Assembly: GCA_023511995.1 (NCBI GenBank)
Contig: JAIMAL010000003.1
Coordinates: 11,491-75,490, forward strand
Direction of reading: 5' to 3'
Length of the DNA: 64,000 nt
DNA from: Burkholderiales bacterium
Lineage (GTDB): Bacteria > Pseudomonadota > Gammaproteobacteria > Burkholderiales > Thiobacteraceae
Shown here: piece after piece, positions 26,960 to 35,217 of the stretch
Layout: each line of letters opens with the position of its first letter
Numbering within the stretch: the first letter of the stretch is position 1
The notes under the pieces: model-generated
What the model was told of the DNA's origin: nothing
Databases searched by the model: none
Seen by the model: the letters and a program-made list of their open reading frames with translations, nothing else
Program-made: the position numbers and the translations under genes

Positions 26960-28028
26960 GTCCTGCAACCTGAACCCTCACACACAATCCGTGCCCGTCG
27001 ATTCCCTCATCCAGTTCAAGGCGCGCGCCGTGCAATTCGGCGATGCGGGTGGCGATGGACAGCCCCAGGCCGCTGCCTTCCGTGTCCTGGCCGGCGAGCC
27101 GGTGGAAACGCTCGAGGGCCAGCGGCCGCAGTTCGGGGGAAATGCCCGGCCCGTTGTCGCAGACGGCAAGGGTGAGACGGCCCGCGCGATGGGTGATGGT
27201 GACGACGACCCTGCCGCCCTGCGGCGTATAGCGGATGGCGTTGTCGATGAGATTGCGCAAAAGCACGCGCAGCATGGCTTCGTTGCCCATGAGCGGCGCG
27301 GCTTCAGTGGCGGCGAGCTCCAGCGTGATGTCTTTCGCTAGTGCCTGCGCCCCCTGTTCGGCGCAGACCTCGGCGGCCAGTTGATCGAGGCGCAGTTCGG
27401 CCATCGGCAGGGGGGCTGCCGGATCGAGGCGGGCGAGCGTTAGGAGCTGCTCCATCAGGTGGGCGGCGCGCTGGGCGCTTGCGGCAAGTTGCTCCAGGGC
27501 ATGCTGCCGTTCCGCTTCGTCCCGCGCCCGTGCGGCCACCTGCGCCTGGGCACGAATCGCCGCCAGCGGTGTGCGCAGCTCGTGCGCCGCATCGGCAGTG
27601 AAGCGCCGCTCCTTTTCCATCGCGGCAGCCACACGCGCAAAGAGGCTATTGAGCGCTTCGATCAGCGGGCGAATCTCCCGCGGCGCCGTCTCAGGCGTGA
27701 CCGGATCCAGCCGCTGCGGCTCGCGCTCGGCAATTTCCCGCGCCATTTCATCGAGCGGCTTGAGCCCACGCCACGCAGCGAACCAGAGCCAGCCGCCCAG
27801 CACCGGCAGGCCGAAGAAGAGGGGCATCAGCAACGCCTCGAGAAAATGTTCGGCAAGTTCGTGGCGGAGATGTTCATCGGTCTGTTTTCGTTCCTCTTCG
27901 AGAAAGTGGGTGATGGCATGGCGCGCCTCGATGTAGGCATAGGTCATGGCGCCCAGCCAAGCGAGGGTCACCCCCGTGAGGAGCAGCAGGAGCAGCTGGC
28001 GGCGCAATGAAAACCAGCGCGTGGTCAT
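26916..28028 (-). CDS. Sensor histidine kinase with a ~32-aa periplasmic loop (PmrB/QseC-like)
   Basis: 370 aa with two TM segments, HAMP, H-box AAHELRTPL and an HATPase domain. Its start overlaps the RR stop (ATGA). Confidence 0.85.
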   Translation of the reverse strand: MTTRWFSLRRQLLLLLLTGVTLAWLGAMTYAYIEARHAITHFLEEERKQTDEHLRHELAEHFLEALLMPLFFGLPVLGGWLWFAAWRGLKPLDEMAREIAEREPQRLDPVTPETAPREIRPLIEALNSLFARVAAAMEKERRFTADAAHELRTPLAAIRAQAQVAARARDEAERQHALEQLAASAQRAAHLMEQLLTLARLDPAAPLPMAELRLDQLAAEVCAEQGAQALAKDITLELAATEAAPLMGNEAMLRVLLRNLIDNAIRYTPQGGRVVVTITHRAGRLTLAVCDNGPGISPELRPLALERFHRLAGQDTEGSGLGLSIATRIAELHGARLELDEGIDGHGLCVRVQVAGHRLQKDGDKPAHSP

Positions 28029-28681
28029 TTCGGGATGGTGTAGCCGATGCCGCGCAGGGTTTTGATGAGGTCAGTGCCGAGTTTTCTGCGCAGATGGTGA
28101 ATGTGCACTTCGAGGACGTTGCTCTCCGGCTCGTCATGCCAGCCGTAGAGGGAGGCCTCGAGCTGGGACCGGGTGAGCACCCGGCCGGCGTTTTCCAGCA
28201 GGATCGCCAGCAGCGCGAATTCCCGTGGCGACAGTTCCAGCGGCTGGCCGGCGAGCGTGACCCGGTGGGCGGCGGGATCGAGCTCGAGCTCGCCGTGGCG
28301 CAGCACCGGTTGGGCCCGGCCGGCGGCGCGGCGGGTAAGCGCCCGCACCCGCGCGGCGAGCTCATCCAGATCCACGGGCTTGACCACGTAATCATCGGCG
28401 CCGGCATCGAGCCCTGCCACCTTGTCGGCGGTGGCATCGCGCGCGGTGAGGATCAGGACCGGTGTCGCCTTCCCCTGGGCGCGCAGCTTCCTCAACACCT
28501 CCAACCCGGATCGCCGCGGCAACCCCAGGTCCAGCACGACGAGATCGAAAGGTTCTGTTGCCAGCGCCAGTTCCGCCGCCACACCGTCTTTCACCCAATC
28601 GACGGCGTAACCCTGCTGGCGCAGGCCGACCATCAGGCCGTCGCCCAGGTGGGGATCATCTTCGACGAGGAGCAGGCGCAT
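28025..28681 (-). CDS. OmpR-family response regulator, QseB/PmrA(BasR) subfamily
   Basis: 218 aa with a receiver domain (VVLDLGLP) and a winged helix (LEVHIHHLRRKLG...IGY). From recall it is close to E. coli QseB and BasR. Confidence 0.85.
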   Translation of the reverse strand: MRLLLVEDDPHLGDGLMVGLRQQGYAVDWVKDGVAAELALATEPFDLVVLDLGLPRRSGLEVLRKLRAQGKATPVLILTARDATADKVAGLDAGADDYVVKPVDLDELAARVRALTRRAAGRAQPVLRHGELELDPAAHRVTLAGQPLELSPREFALLAILLENAGRVLTRSQLEASLYGWHDEPESNVLEVHIHHLRRKLGTDLIKTLRGIGYTIPK

Positions 28682-28690
28682 GGCAGCAGT

Positions 28691-29290
28691 TTAACGCGCC
28701 AACCCCATGCCGCAAGCCAATGCGGCAGCAAGAAGCAGCGGGACGGCCCAGAGCCGGGGCGAGGTGATCGCCTCCGCCACTGTCCCCCGTTTATAGCCAG
28801 TCAGCATGGCGCGCACCAGATTTTCGCGGTGGGCGAGACTCCCGACCCCCACCCCGGCAATATGCAAGCCAACCACGGCGAGCATGGTGTGGGCCATGCC
28901 TTCGTGCAGGTCGCCGAGGCTGCCGATATCGTTGTAAGCCAGCCAGCCGGTGAAGCCGGTGGCAAGTCCCAGTGCGAGCAGCGCCATGATCGCCCAGCCG
29001 CCGGCGGGGTTGTGGCCGGTCGCGTGGGGCGGGCGACACTGGGCCAGCCCTTCTAGGTAGGCAAGAACGGCAGCTGGGCCGCGCACGAAATTTGCGAAAC
29101 GCGCATGGCGCGTACCGACGACCCCCCAGACAAGCCGGAAGAGGATCACGCCCACCACGACGCCCCCCGCCGCCGCATGGACGAGCCGCCAGGATTCGCT
29201 CTCGGCGGTGAGCCACGCCATTGCGAAGGCCGCCACCATCAGCCAGTGGCCAAGGCGCACCGGCCAGTCCCAGACCAGAATTCTCTCCAT
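28691..29290 (-). CDS. Cytochrome b (b561 / Ni-Fe-hydrogenase b-type subunit family)
   Basis: 199 aa with four hydrophobic helices and conserved His residues (WPVRLGHW..., HAAAG..., HEGMAH). Confidence 0.75.
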   Translation of the reverse strand: MERILVWDWPVRLGHWLMVAAFAMAWLTAESESWRLVHAAAGGVVVGVILFRLVWGVVGTRHARFANFVRGPAAVLAYLEGLAQCRPPHATGHNPAGGWAIMALLALGLATGFTGWLAYNDIGSLGDLHEGMAHTMLAVVGLHIAGVGVGSLAHRENLVRAMLTGYKRGTVAEAITSPRLWAVPLLLAAALACGMGLAR

Positions 29291-29293
29291 GGC

Positions 29294-29785
29294 TCAATCC
29301 CCTTCCCCGCGCCGGCCCGAAGGCAGGACGATCTCGCGTTCGCGAAAACTGCCCTCCACCGCCCGCGTATGACAGGCGGCACAGTTGGCCGGCGATTTCA
29401 CCTTCGCATGATTCCAATCGGCACGGGAGACCTCGCGGTGCTTGCGCACAAACCACGGCGTGCGGGTGAGCCGCGGCGGCTCGCCTGCCTGCGCTGGCGC
29501 GGCGCCGCCGTATTTCCCTTCGCTTCCGGCGTAGCGGGTCAAGAAGGCCTCGATCTCCGCAGCCGTCTTGGCATCGAGGCTCGCGTTGTCGCCATAGTGC
29601 CGGTCGAGCCGCTGCATCACCTGGCGCCAATCGTTTGCGCTCATCAAACCGGGTGGAAAGGCGAGATGGCAACTGCCACATTCCGCGGGGTAGGCGGGCG
29701 GCGCAGCGGCGGGCGTCCGGCCCTCTTTGTCGGCGTGGGCCAATAGCGGAAGCAAGAGGGCAAAGAGCATCAACGTCTGCTTCAT
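29294..29785 (-). CDS. Diheme cytochrome c (DHC family)
   Basis: Track ORF trimmed to MKQTLMLFALLLPLLAHA (ATG = complement of 29783-29785). Two CxxCH motifs (CGSCH, CAACH). Confidence 0.75.
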   Translation of the reverse strand: MKQTLMLFALLLPLLAHADKEGRTPAAAPPAYPAECGSCHLAFPPGLMSANDWRQVMQRLDRHYGDNASLDAKTAAEIEAFLTRYAGSEGKYGGAAPAQAGEPPRLTRTPWFVRKHREVSRADWNHAKVKSPANCAACHTRAVEGSFREREIVLPSGRRGEGD

Positions 29786-30201
29786 TTCGCGTTTCCTTTC
29801 AGCAGGAAGGCGATGAAATCGGCCTTCTCGGCCGGGGTGCACTCGCGCCCCACCACCTCGGTGCAATTGCGGCGGAACCATTTTTCCACCTTGGCCGGAT
29901 CGGTGAACCGTTCAGGATTGGCAGCAGGCGCAAGAGGCTTGATCGCCTTGTCCGTCACCACGTGCCGACCCGTCTGCGCCGGATCGTTGGTGTGACAGCT
30001 TGTGCAGGCGGGCATCCGGGGATTGGCAGGGAAACGGTTCTGGTAGAACGCACCGCCCCGCTGGGCGGAAGGCGTAAAGCCCGGCGTGGCCCTGGCCGCA
30101 TCAAGCTGATACTGCGCCAAAAGCTCGGCGGGTGTCGCGGCCTGGGCAAAGTTGCACGCCATCGTCACGCCGGCGACGAGGACGAAGAGAACGGATTTCA
30201 T
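29782..30201 (-). CDS. DUF1924-like monoheme c-type cytochrome
   Basis: 139 aa with a signal peptide and a single CTSCH. Its stop overlaps the DHC start (ATGA). The family name is from recall. Confidence 0.65.
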   Translation of the reverse strand: MKSVLFVLVAGVTMACNFAQAATPAELLAQYQLDAARATPGFTPSAQRGGAFYQNRFPANPRMPACTSCHTNDPAQTGRHVVTDKAIKPLAPAANPERFTDPAKVEKWFRRNCTEVVGRECTPAEKADFIAFLLKGNAK

Positions 30202-30203
30202 GG

Positions 30204-30239
30204 GCAGACTCCCGTGGCTTGAACACGGCGTCAGTCTGC
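30204..30239 (-). promoter_or_regulatory. Leader hairpin occluding the DUF1924 Shine-Dalgarno
   Basis: Minus-strand RNA: GCAGACU-gacg-CCGUG-uucaagc-CACGG-g-AGUCUGC-cc-AUG. This gives 12 bp in two helices. The GGGAG SD lies in the 3' arm, which ends 2 nt before the AUG. Confidence 0.45.
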
Positions 30240-30247
30240 GGTCTTTC

Positions 30248-30286
30248 CCTTAAAGGAGGCTTAGAGGGAGCTTAACTGGCGCTTAA
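30248..30286 (-). promoter_or_regulatory. Four 11-bp-phased TTAAG-type direct repeats (PmrA-box-like operator)
   Basis: Minus strand: TTAAGC-gccag-TTAAGC-tccct-CTAAGC-ctcct-TTAAGG. On the plus strand the hexamers begin at 30248, 30259, 30270 and 30281. Confidence 0.5.
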
Positions 30287-33233
30287 CGCCGCCCCGCACG
30301 CGGAATTTTGCTACCTGCCGGCGCAGGCTGGCGAGTGCTTCGCGGTTGATGCGGGGGCCGTAGCGCAGGGTGGCGTAAGCGCCGGCGATGGCCTCGATGG
30401 GTGCGGCAAGATCGGGGCGCAGGCGGGCGATCCGCCGGGCGTAGGCGAGGGGGCCTTCGTGGGGGGCGCGGGGCAGGCCGGCCGCGGCGAGTCTGCGGCA
30501 GAAACGCTGCCAGATGGCCTGCAGGGGATCGGTGGGCGTGGGTCGGCGCAGGGTGATGGCGGCAAAAAGCAGGGCCAGAGCACCGAGGCTTGCTGCCAGC
30601 ATCCAGGCAAGCTCCCGCCAGGAGACGATGCCCGCGCCCATGCGCGCCAGCAGAGCGAGTTGTCTTTCCTGGTCGAAGCCGATCACCCACTGGTGCCAGC
30701 GGGTGTTGAGGAGATCCCATTGCAGACGCAGGGTCCGCAGCCAGCGTACCTCGGTGCGCATGAGGAAGGGCAAGGGCTCCGCCGCCGGCAGGGCGGCGGC
30801 CACTCCCCGTTCGATCCGCTCCGCCGCCACGGCGGCGGTGGGGTCCACCCGCACCCAGCCGCGCCCCGCGAGCCAAACCTCGCTCCAGGCGTGGGCGTCG
30901 GACTGGCGAACAATGAAGTAGCCGCCCAAAGGATTGAATTCGCCTCCCTGATAACCCGTCACCACCCGCGCCGGCACGCCCGCCGCCCGCATGAGGAAAG
31001 TGAAGGCACCGGCGTAGTGTTCGCAGAAGCCCCGCCGCGTCTCGAAGAGGAATTCGTCCACGCCGTCTTCCCCCAGAAGCGGCGGCGTCAGGGTGTAGTG
31101 GAAGGGCTGGCTGCGAAAGAGCTGGAGCGCGGCGGCCACCACTTCCTCCTCCGAGTGGGCGCGCGCGCTAAGCGTTTGCGCAAGGGCCCGTGCGCGCGGG
31201 TTGCCCTTTTCGGGCAGTGCCAGGGCTTTGGTGAGGAGACTCGCGTCGGCGTTGGCGTCGAGACGGTAGCGGGGCAAAGCGAGCAGGGCGAAACGACGCC
31301 GGTGCTCCACGGGTTTTTCGGCGAGTAACTGCAGGGTGGGGGAAAGGCGCGTCTGGGGAGGCAGTGCCAGGGGATCGGGCACGTCCAGGGCGAAGATCCA
31401 GTTCCTGCCATGGGGCTCCAGGGTGAGGGTGTAGGCGATGGCTTCACCTGCGCTTTCCACGGTGGGTTCCGGGGCGGGCGAGCGGTCGGGCAGCCAGCTT
31501 CGGCCATCGAAGCGTTCCAGCACCGGCCCGCGCCAGTAGCGTTGCGCCGGCGGTGGCAGGGGGCCGGCGAATTCCACGCGAAAGGCCACCTGGTCGGACT
31601 GGATGAGGCGGCTGATGGAGCCCGGGCTCATGGTTTCGTCAAGCCCACTCATGCCCGCCCGCGCATCCCGCGGCAGACCCCACAGGGGGCCCAGGGGGCG
31701 GGGAAAGAGCAGGAACAGCACCACCATGACGGGCAGGGCCGAAAGCATGAGGAGGACGGACAGTCGCGCCGCGCCTCGGCCACTGTGGTCGGGATGGGTG
31801 AGCAGGGCAAGTCCGGCCAATAGAAAGCCCGTCGCGGTGAGAGCAATGAGCGCCTCGACGATCCCCTGGCCGTAGAGGAACTGGGTGAGGAGGACAAACA
31901 GCCCCAGGAAGACGGCGAGCACACCGTCGCGGCGGCTGCGCATTTCCATGAGCTTGAGGGCGGTCATGAGGGTGAGCATGGCCACCCCCGCTTCGCGCCC
32001 GAACAGCGTGTGATAGGCGGCGAGGATGGCGGCGGCACCGGCTGCGGCAAGCAAGAGCAGAAGCCTTTTGCCCGCCAGGGGCCAGAAGCCCAGGGTGGCC
32101 AGGGTGCGCCAGGTGATCAGTGCTGCTGCCGCCAAGGTCACCCAGAGGGGCAGGTGCAAGGCAAGGGGTGCCAGCACCCAGGTGAGGCCTGCGGTGAGGA
32201 CAAGGATGCTCCGCCGGGGAAGGGGGCTTGCCGGGCTTTGCGGTTTTGCGCGGGTGCGGCGGGAATCGGGGCAAGCCCTGGCTTCACCAAAGGTGGCGAG
32301 CAGACTGAGGCAGGCCTGACGGTGGCCAGGACCGCGATCCGGCGCCAGTGTCCTGCCGGGCAGCCGCAGGCCGTAGCGCACGCCCTGGGCCTCCGCGGTG
32401 AGAACGGCGCGGGTAAGCCAAGCAAGCCGGGTCTCCGGCTCCCCCGGAGCATCTTGCCAGTCGAGCCAGATGACTCCGCCTGCGGTATCGGAGAACTCCT
32501 TGGCGAGGAGGGGACCGCCGCGGGCGAAGACTTTCCAGGCCACCCGGCGCGGGGAATCCCCGGGCACGAAGGCGCGCAGGCCGGCGAAGACCTCGTGCCC
32601 CTGCGGCCCTGCCTGGATTTCGGGGCTCCCGCTGTCGGGGGCGGCGGGGGCGTGTTCCAGCCGGGCGGTGTCGAGGGGGCGGGGATAGACCAGAGTGGCC
32701 AGATCGGGCCGCACGATGGCCCAGGCGCGGAAAAGGCCCAGGGGATAGTCGGTGGCGAGAATGAGCCGCGGCAGCGTCAGTCGGCCGCGGGCGGGGGCGG
32801 GAATGGCCAGGCTCACCGGGGTGAGCCCGTTCACGTCCACCCGCAGGGGGCTACCGCCCGCGGCAATGAGCTCGATGGCGGGGCGCGGCGTGGCGGCCGA
32901 CAGGGCGAGATGAAACCACGCGGCTTCGCCGGCGAAGGTGGGTGTCGCTCCCAGCGCGTGGACCGTGATGCCCCGCAGATTGCGCCAGGTGTAAAAGAGG
33001 GTGATGAGACCCACACCGGCCAGCAGGAAAACGAGGGCAAAGCCGAGACTCAACCCATAGTTGACGGCGCCCACCAGCATGGCCGCCAAAAACACGCCGA
33101 AGAGCACGCCATGGCGGGTGGGCAGGATGTAGATGCGACGGCCGGTGATTTCCACCGGGGATGGCTCCACCGGGGTTGTCCGTAGCCACGCGGAAAGGCG
33201 GGGAAAGCGCGCGGCGAGAAAAGCGGCGGCCAT
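30261..33233 (-). CDS. Fused DUF58 (vWA-like) - TgpA transglutaminase membrane protein
   Basis: Single 990-aa ORF. Residues ~1-317 carry the DUF58 signature (FAGLRAFVPGDSPRRVAWKVFARGGPLLAKEF). Residues ~335-990 are TgpA-like, with the polytopic DUF3488 region and a transglutaminase Cys-His-Asp core (GFCEHYAGAF, DAHAWSEVW, RVDPT). There is no stop and no obvious internal start at the junction. Confidence 0.75.
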   Translation of the reverse strand: MAAAFLAARFPRLSAWLRTTPVEPSPVEITGRRIYILPTRHGVLFGVFLAAMLVGAVNYGLSLGFALVFLLAGVGLITLFYTWRNLRGITVHALGATPTFAGEAAWFHLALSAATPRPAIELIAAGGSPLRVDVNGLTPVSLAIPAPARGRLTLPRLILATDYPLGLFRAWAIVRPDLATLVYPRPLDTARLEHAPAAPDSGSPEIQAGPQGHEVFAGLRAFVPGDSPRRVAWKVFARGGPLLAKEFSDTAGGVIWLDWQDAPGEPETRLAWLTRAVLTAEAQGVRYGLRLPGRTLAPDRGPGHRQACLSLLATFGEARACPDSRRTRAKPQSPASPLPRRSILVLTAGLTWVLAPLALHLPLWVTLAAAALITWRTLATLGFWPLAGKRLLLLLAAAGAAAILAAYHTLFGREAGVAMLTLMTALKLMEMRSRRDGVLAVFLGLFVLLTQFLYGQGIVEALIALTATGFLLAGLALLTHPDHSGRGAARLSVLLMLSALPVMVVLFLLFPRPLGPLWGLPRDARAGMSGLDETMSPGSISRLIQSDQVAFRVEFAGPLPPPAQRYWRGPVLERFDGRSWLPDRSPAPEPTVESAGEAIAYTLTLEPHGRNWIFALDVPDPLALPPQTRLSPTLQLLAEKPVEHRRRFALLALPRYRLDANADASLLTKALALPEKGNPRARALAQTLSARAHSEEEVVAAALQLFRSQPFHYTLTPPLLGEDGVDEFLFETRRGFCEHYAGAFTFLMRAAGVPARVVTGYQGGEFNPLGGYFIVRQSDAHAWSEVWLAGRGWVRVDPTAAVAAERIERGVAAALPAAEPLPFLMRTEVRWLRTLRLQWDLLNTRWHQWVIGFDQERQLALLARMGAGIVSWRELAWMLAASLGALALLFAAITLRRPTPTDPLQAIWQRFCRRLAAAGLPRAPHEGPLAYARRIARLRPDLAAPIEAIAGAYATLRYGPRINREALASLRRQVAKFRVRGGVKRQLSSL

Positions 33234-33347
33234 GGCTCTTCAGCGGGAGAGGCCCGGGACCGGGCCCCTTCTGCCTCGCGGCAGGGGATGGGCAAGGCCC
33301 ACGGTGAGGGTGGCAAGGGGTTGCATGGGCCGCGGCTTACCAACCCG

Positions 33348-34274
33348 TCATGGCACGGGCACGCGCTCGAGTAAACGGTGGGCCAAGGCTTCGCCGTCCT
33401 TCTCGCCGGCGGGATCGACGAGACGATGCCCGACGCAGGCGGCCAGCACTGCCTGCACGTCCTCCGGCAGGACGGCATGGCGGCCCGCGAGATAGGCATG
33501 GGCGCGGGCTGCCCGCAGCAGAGCGAGCCCCGCGCGGGGCGACAGCCCCGGGCCAAAGGCGCCGCTGCGGGATGCCTGCAACAGCGCCTGGAGGTAATCC
33601 AGCAAGGGCTCGGAGACAAACACCCGCGCCGCCTCTTCCTGGGCTTTGAGAATGGCGGATGCATCCAGCAGTGGCCGCGCCTGCCCAAGCAGCCGGCGCC
33701 TATCCTCTCCCGCCAGCAGCGCGCGCTCGGCGCGGGCATCCGGATAGCCCAGGGAAAGCCGCATGAGGAAACGGTCCAGTTGGGATTCGGGCAGGGGGAA
33801 GGTGCCGATCTGATGCTGGGGGTTCTGGGTGGCGATGACGAAAAAGGGCTCCGGCAGGGCGCGGCTTATGCCGTCCACGGTGACCTGTCTTTCCTCCATG
33901 GCTTCCAACAGGGCGCTTTGCGCCTTGGGGGTGGCGCGGTTGATTTCGTCGGCCAGCACCACATGGGCGAAGATGGGGCCGGGATGGAAGACGAAACGGT
34001 TTTCCCCCCGATCCCACACCGACACGCCCACCACATCCGCCGGCAGCAGATCGGCGGTGAACTGGATGCGTTTGAACTGCAGGCCGAAGCTGAGCGCCAG
34101 GGCATGGGCGAGGGTGGTCTTGCCCAAGCCCGGCAGGTCCTCGATGAGGAGATGGCCTTGCGCCAGCAGACAGACACAGGCAAGGCGCACGGCATGGGTC
34201 TTGCCGAGGACGATGCCATCCACCTGTTCCAGGGCGCTGGCAAGACGCAGGGGGAGGGGTGCGTTGGCTTCCAT
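33348..34274 (-). CDS. moxR: MoxR-family AAA+ ATPase
   Basis: 308 aa with Walker A GLGKTT and Walker B VVLADEINR. It has the usual position upstream of DUF58/TgpA. Confidence 0.9.
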   Translation of the reverse strand: MEANAPLPLRLASALEQVDGIVLGKTHAVRLACVCLLAQGHLLIEDLPGLGKTTLAHALALSFGLQFKRIQFTADLLPADVVGVSVWDRGENRFVFHPGPIFAHVVLADEINRATPKAQSALLEAMEERQVTVDGISRALPEPFFVIATQNPQHQIGTFPLPESQLDRFLMRLSLGYPDARAERALLAGEDRRRLLGQARPLLDASAILKAQEEAARVFVSEPLLDYLQALLQASRSGAFGPGLSPRAGLALLRAARAHAYLAGRHAVLPEDVQAVLAACVGHRLVDPAGEKDGEALAHRLLERVPVP

Positions 34275-34316
34275 GGTCCAAGTCTATATCGGCGGCACTT
34301 GCGGGAAATGGAGGGG

Positions 34317-35213
34317 CTAGCCGTAGCGGCGGGCGCGCCAGTCCACGATTTCGCCGACGATGGCCTGGTAGGCGGCGAACCGACGCGGGGAGATGCGGCC
34401 GGCCTCCACCGCCTCGCGGATGGCGCAGCCCGGTTCCACCCGGTGCAGACAGTTGTGGAAACGGCAGTGGCCCAGCAGGGGACGGAATTCCCGCATGGCC
34501 GCCGCCACGTCTTCCGGACGCAGATGATGGAGGCCGAATTCCTGCAGCCCCGGCGAGTCGATCAGGTCGGATTCCGCGTCCAGGTGGTAGAGGGTGGCAT
34601 GGGTGGTGGTGTGGCGGCCGGAATCCAGCGCCGTGGAAATCTCACGGGTGGCGGCGCGGGCGCCGGGAACCAGGGCATTGACGAGGGTGGACTTGCCCAT
34701 GCCCGACTGTCCCACGAGCACGCTCACCTCCCGGGCAAGGTAGGGCCTTAAGGGCGAAACATCGGTTTTCGCCGAAAGCCTGACCAGGGGATAGCCAAGC
34801 TCGCGGTAGAGGGCAAGTCGTTCCTCGGCGGCGGCGGTTTCCGGCAGATCGGCCTTGTTGAGGACGATCACGCATTTGAGCTGCTGGGCCTCCAGCGCCA
34901 CCAAAACCCGGTTGATGATTTCCTCGTGGAAGCTGGGCACCGCCGCGACCACGAGCACGCCCTGGGTCACGTTGGCGGCGATGATCTTTTGCCGCTGGGG
35001 GTCGGAGCGATAGAGGAGGCTTGCCCGCGGCAGCACCCTTTCGATGACGCCGCCTTCGGCCGAGGTGGGCGTGATTTCCACGCGATCACCGCAGGCCACT
35101 CCGGTCTTCTTGCCGCGGGTGACACAGGAGAGACGGCGTCCGTCGGCGAGCTCCACCTCGAAGCGGCTACCGTGGGCGGCCACCACGCGGCCGACGCGCC
35201 GCTCTTCCGCCAT
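34317..35213 (-). CDS. rsgA: Ribosome small-subunit-dependent GTPase A
   Basis: Track ORF trimmed to MAEERRVGRVV (ATG = complement of 35211-35213). GQSGMGKST P-loop and a C-terminal zinc cluster (CRFHNCLHRVEPGC). Confidence 0.9.
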   Translation of the reverse strand: MAEERRVGRVVAAHGSRFEVELADGRRLSCVTRGKKTGVACGDRVEITPTSAEGGVIERVLPRASLLYRSDPQRQKIIAANVTQGVLVVAAVPSFHEEIINRVLVALEAQQLKCVIVLNKADLPETAAAEERLALYRELGYPLVRLSAKTDVSPLRPYLAREVSVLVGQSGMGKSTLVNALVPGARAATREISTALDSGRHTTTHATLYHLDAESDLIDSPGLQEFGLHHLRPEDVAAAMREFRPLLGHCRFHNCLHRVEPGCAIREAVEAGRISPRRFAAYQAIVGEIVDWRARRYG

Positions 35214-35217
35214 GGGC

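Noticed and set aside
32214-32282. Reading the DUF58/TgpA junction as a frameshifted pseudogene
   Set aside because: Both halves are in the same frame with no stop, and both retain their signature motifs. I report it as an intact fusion ORF pending read-level verification.
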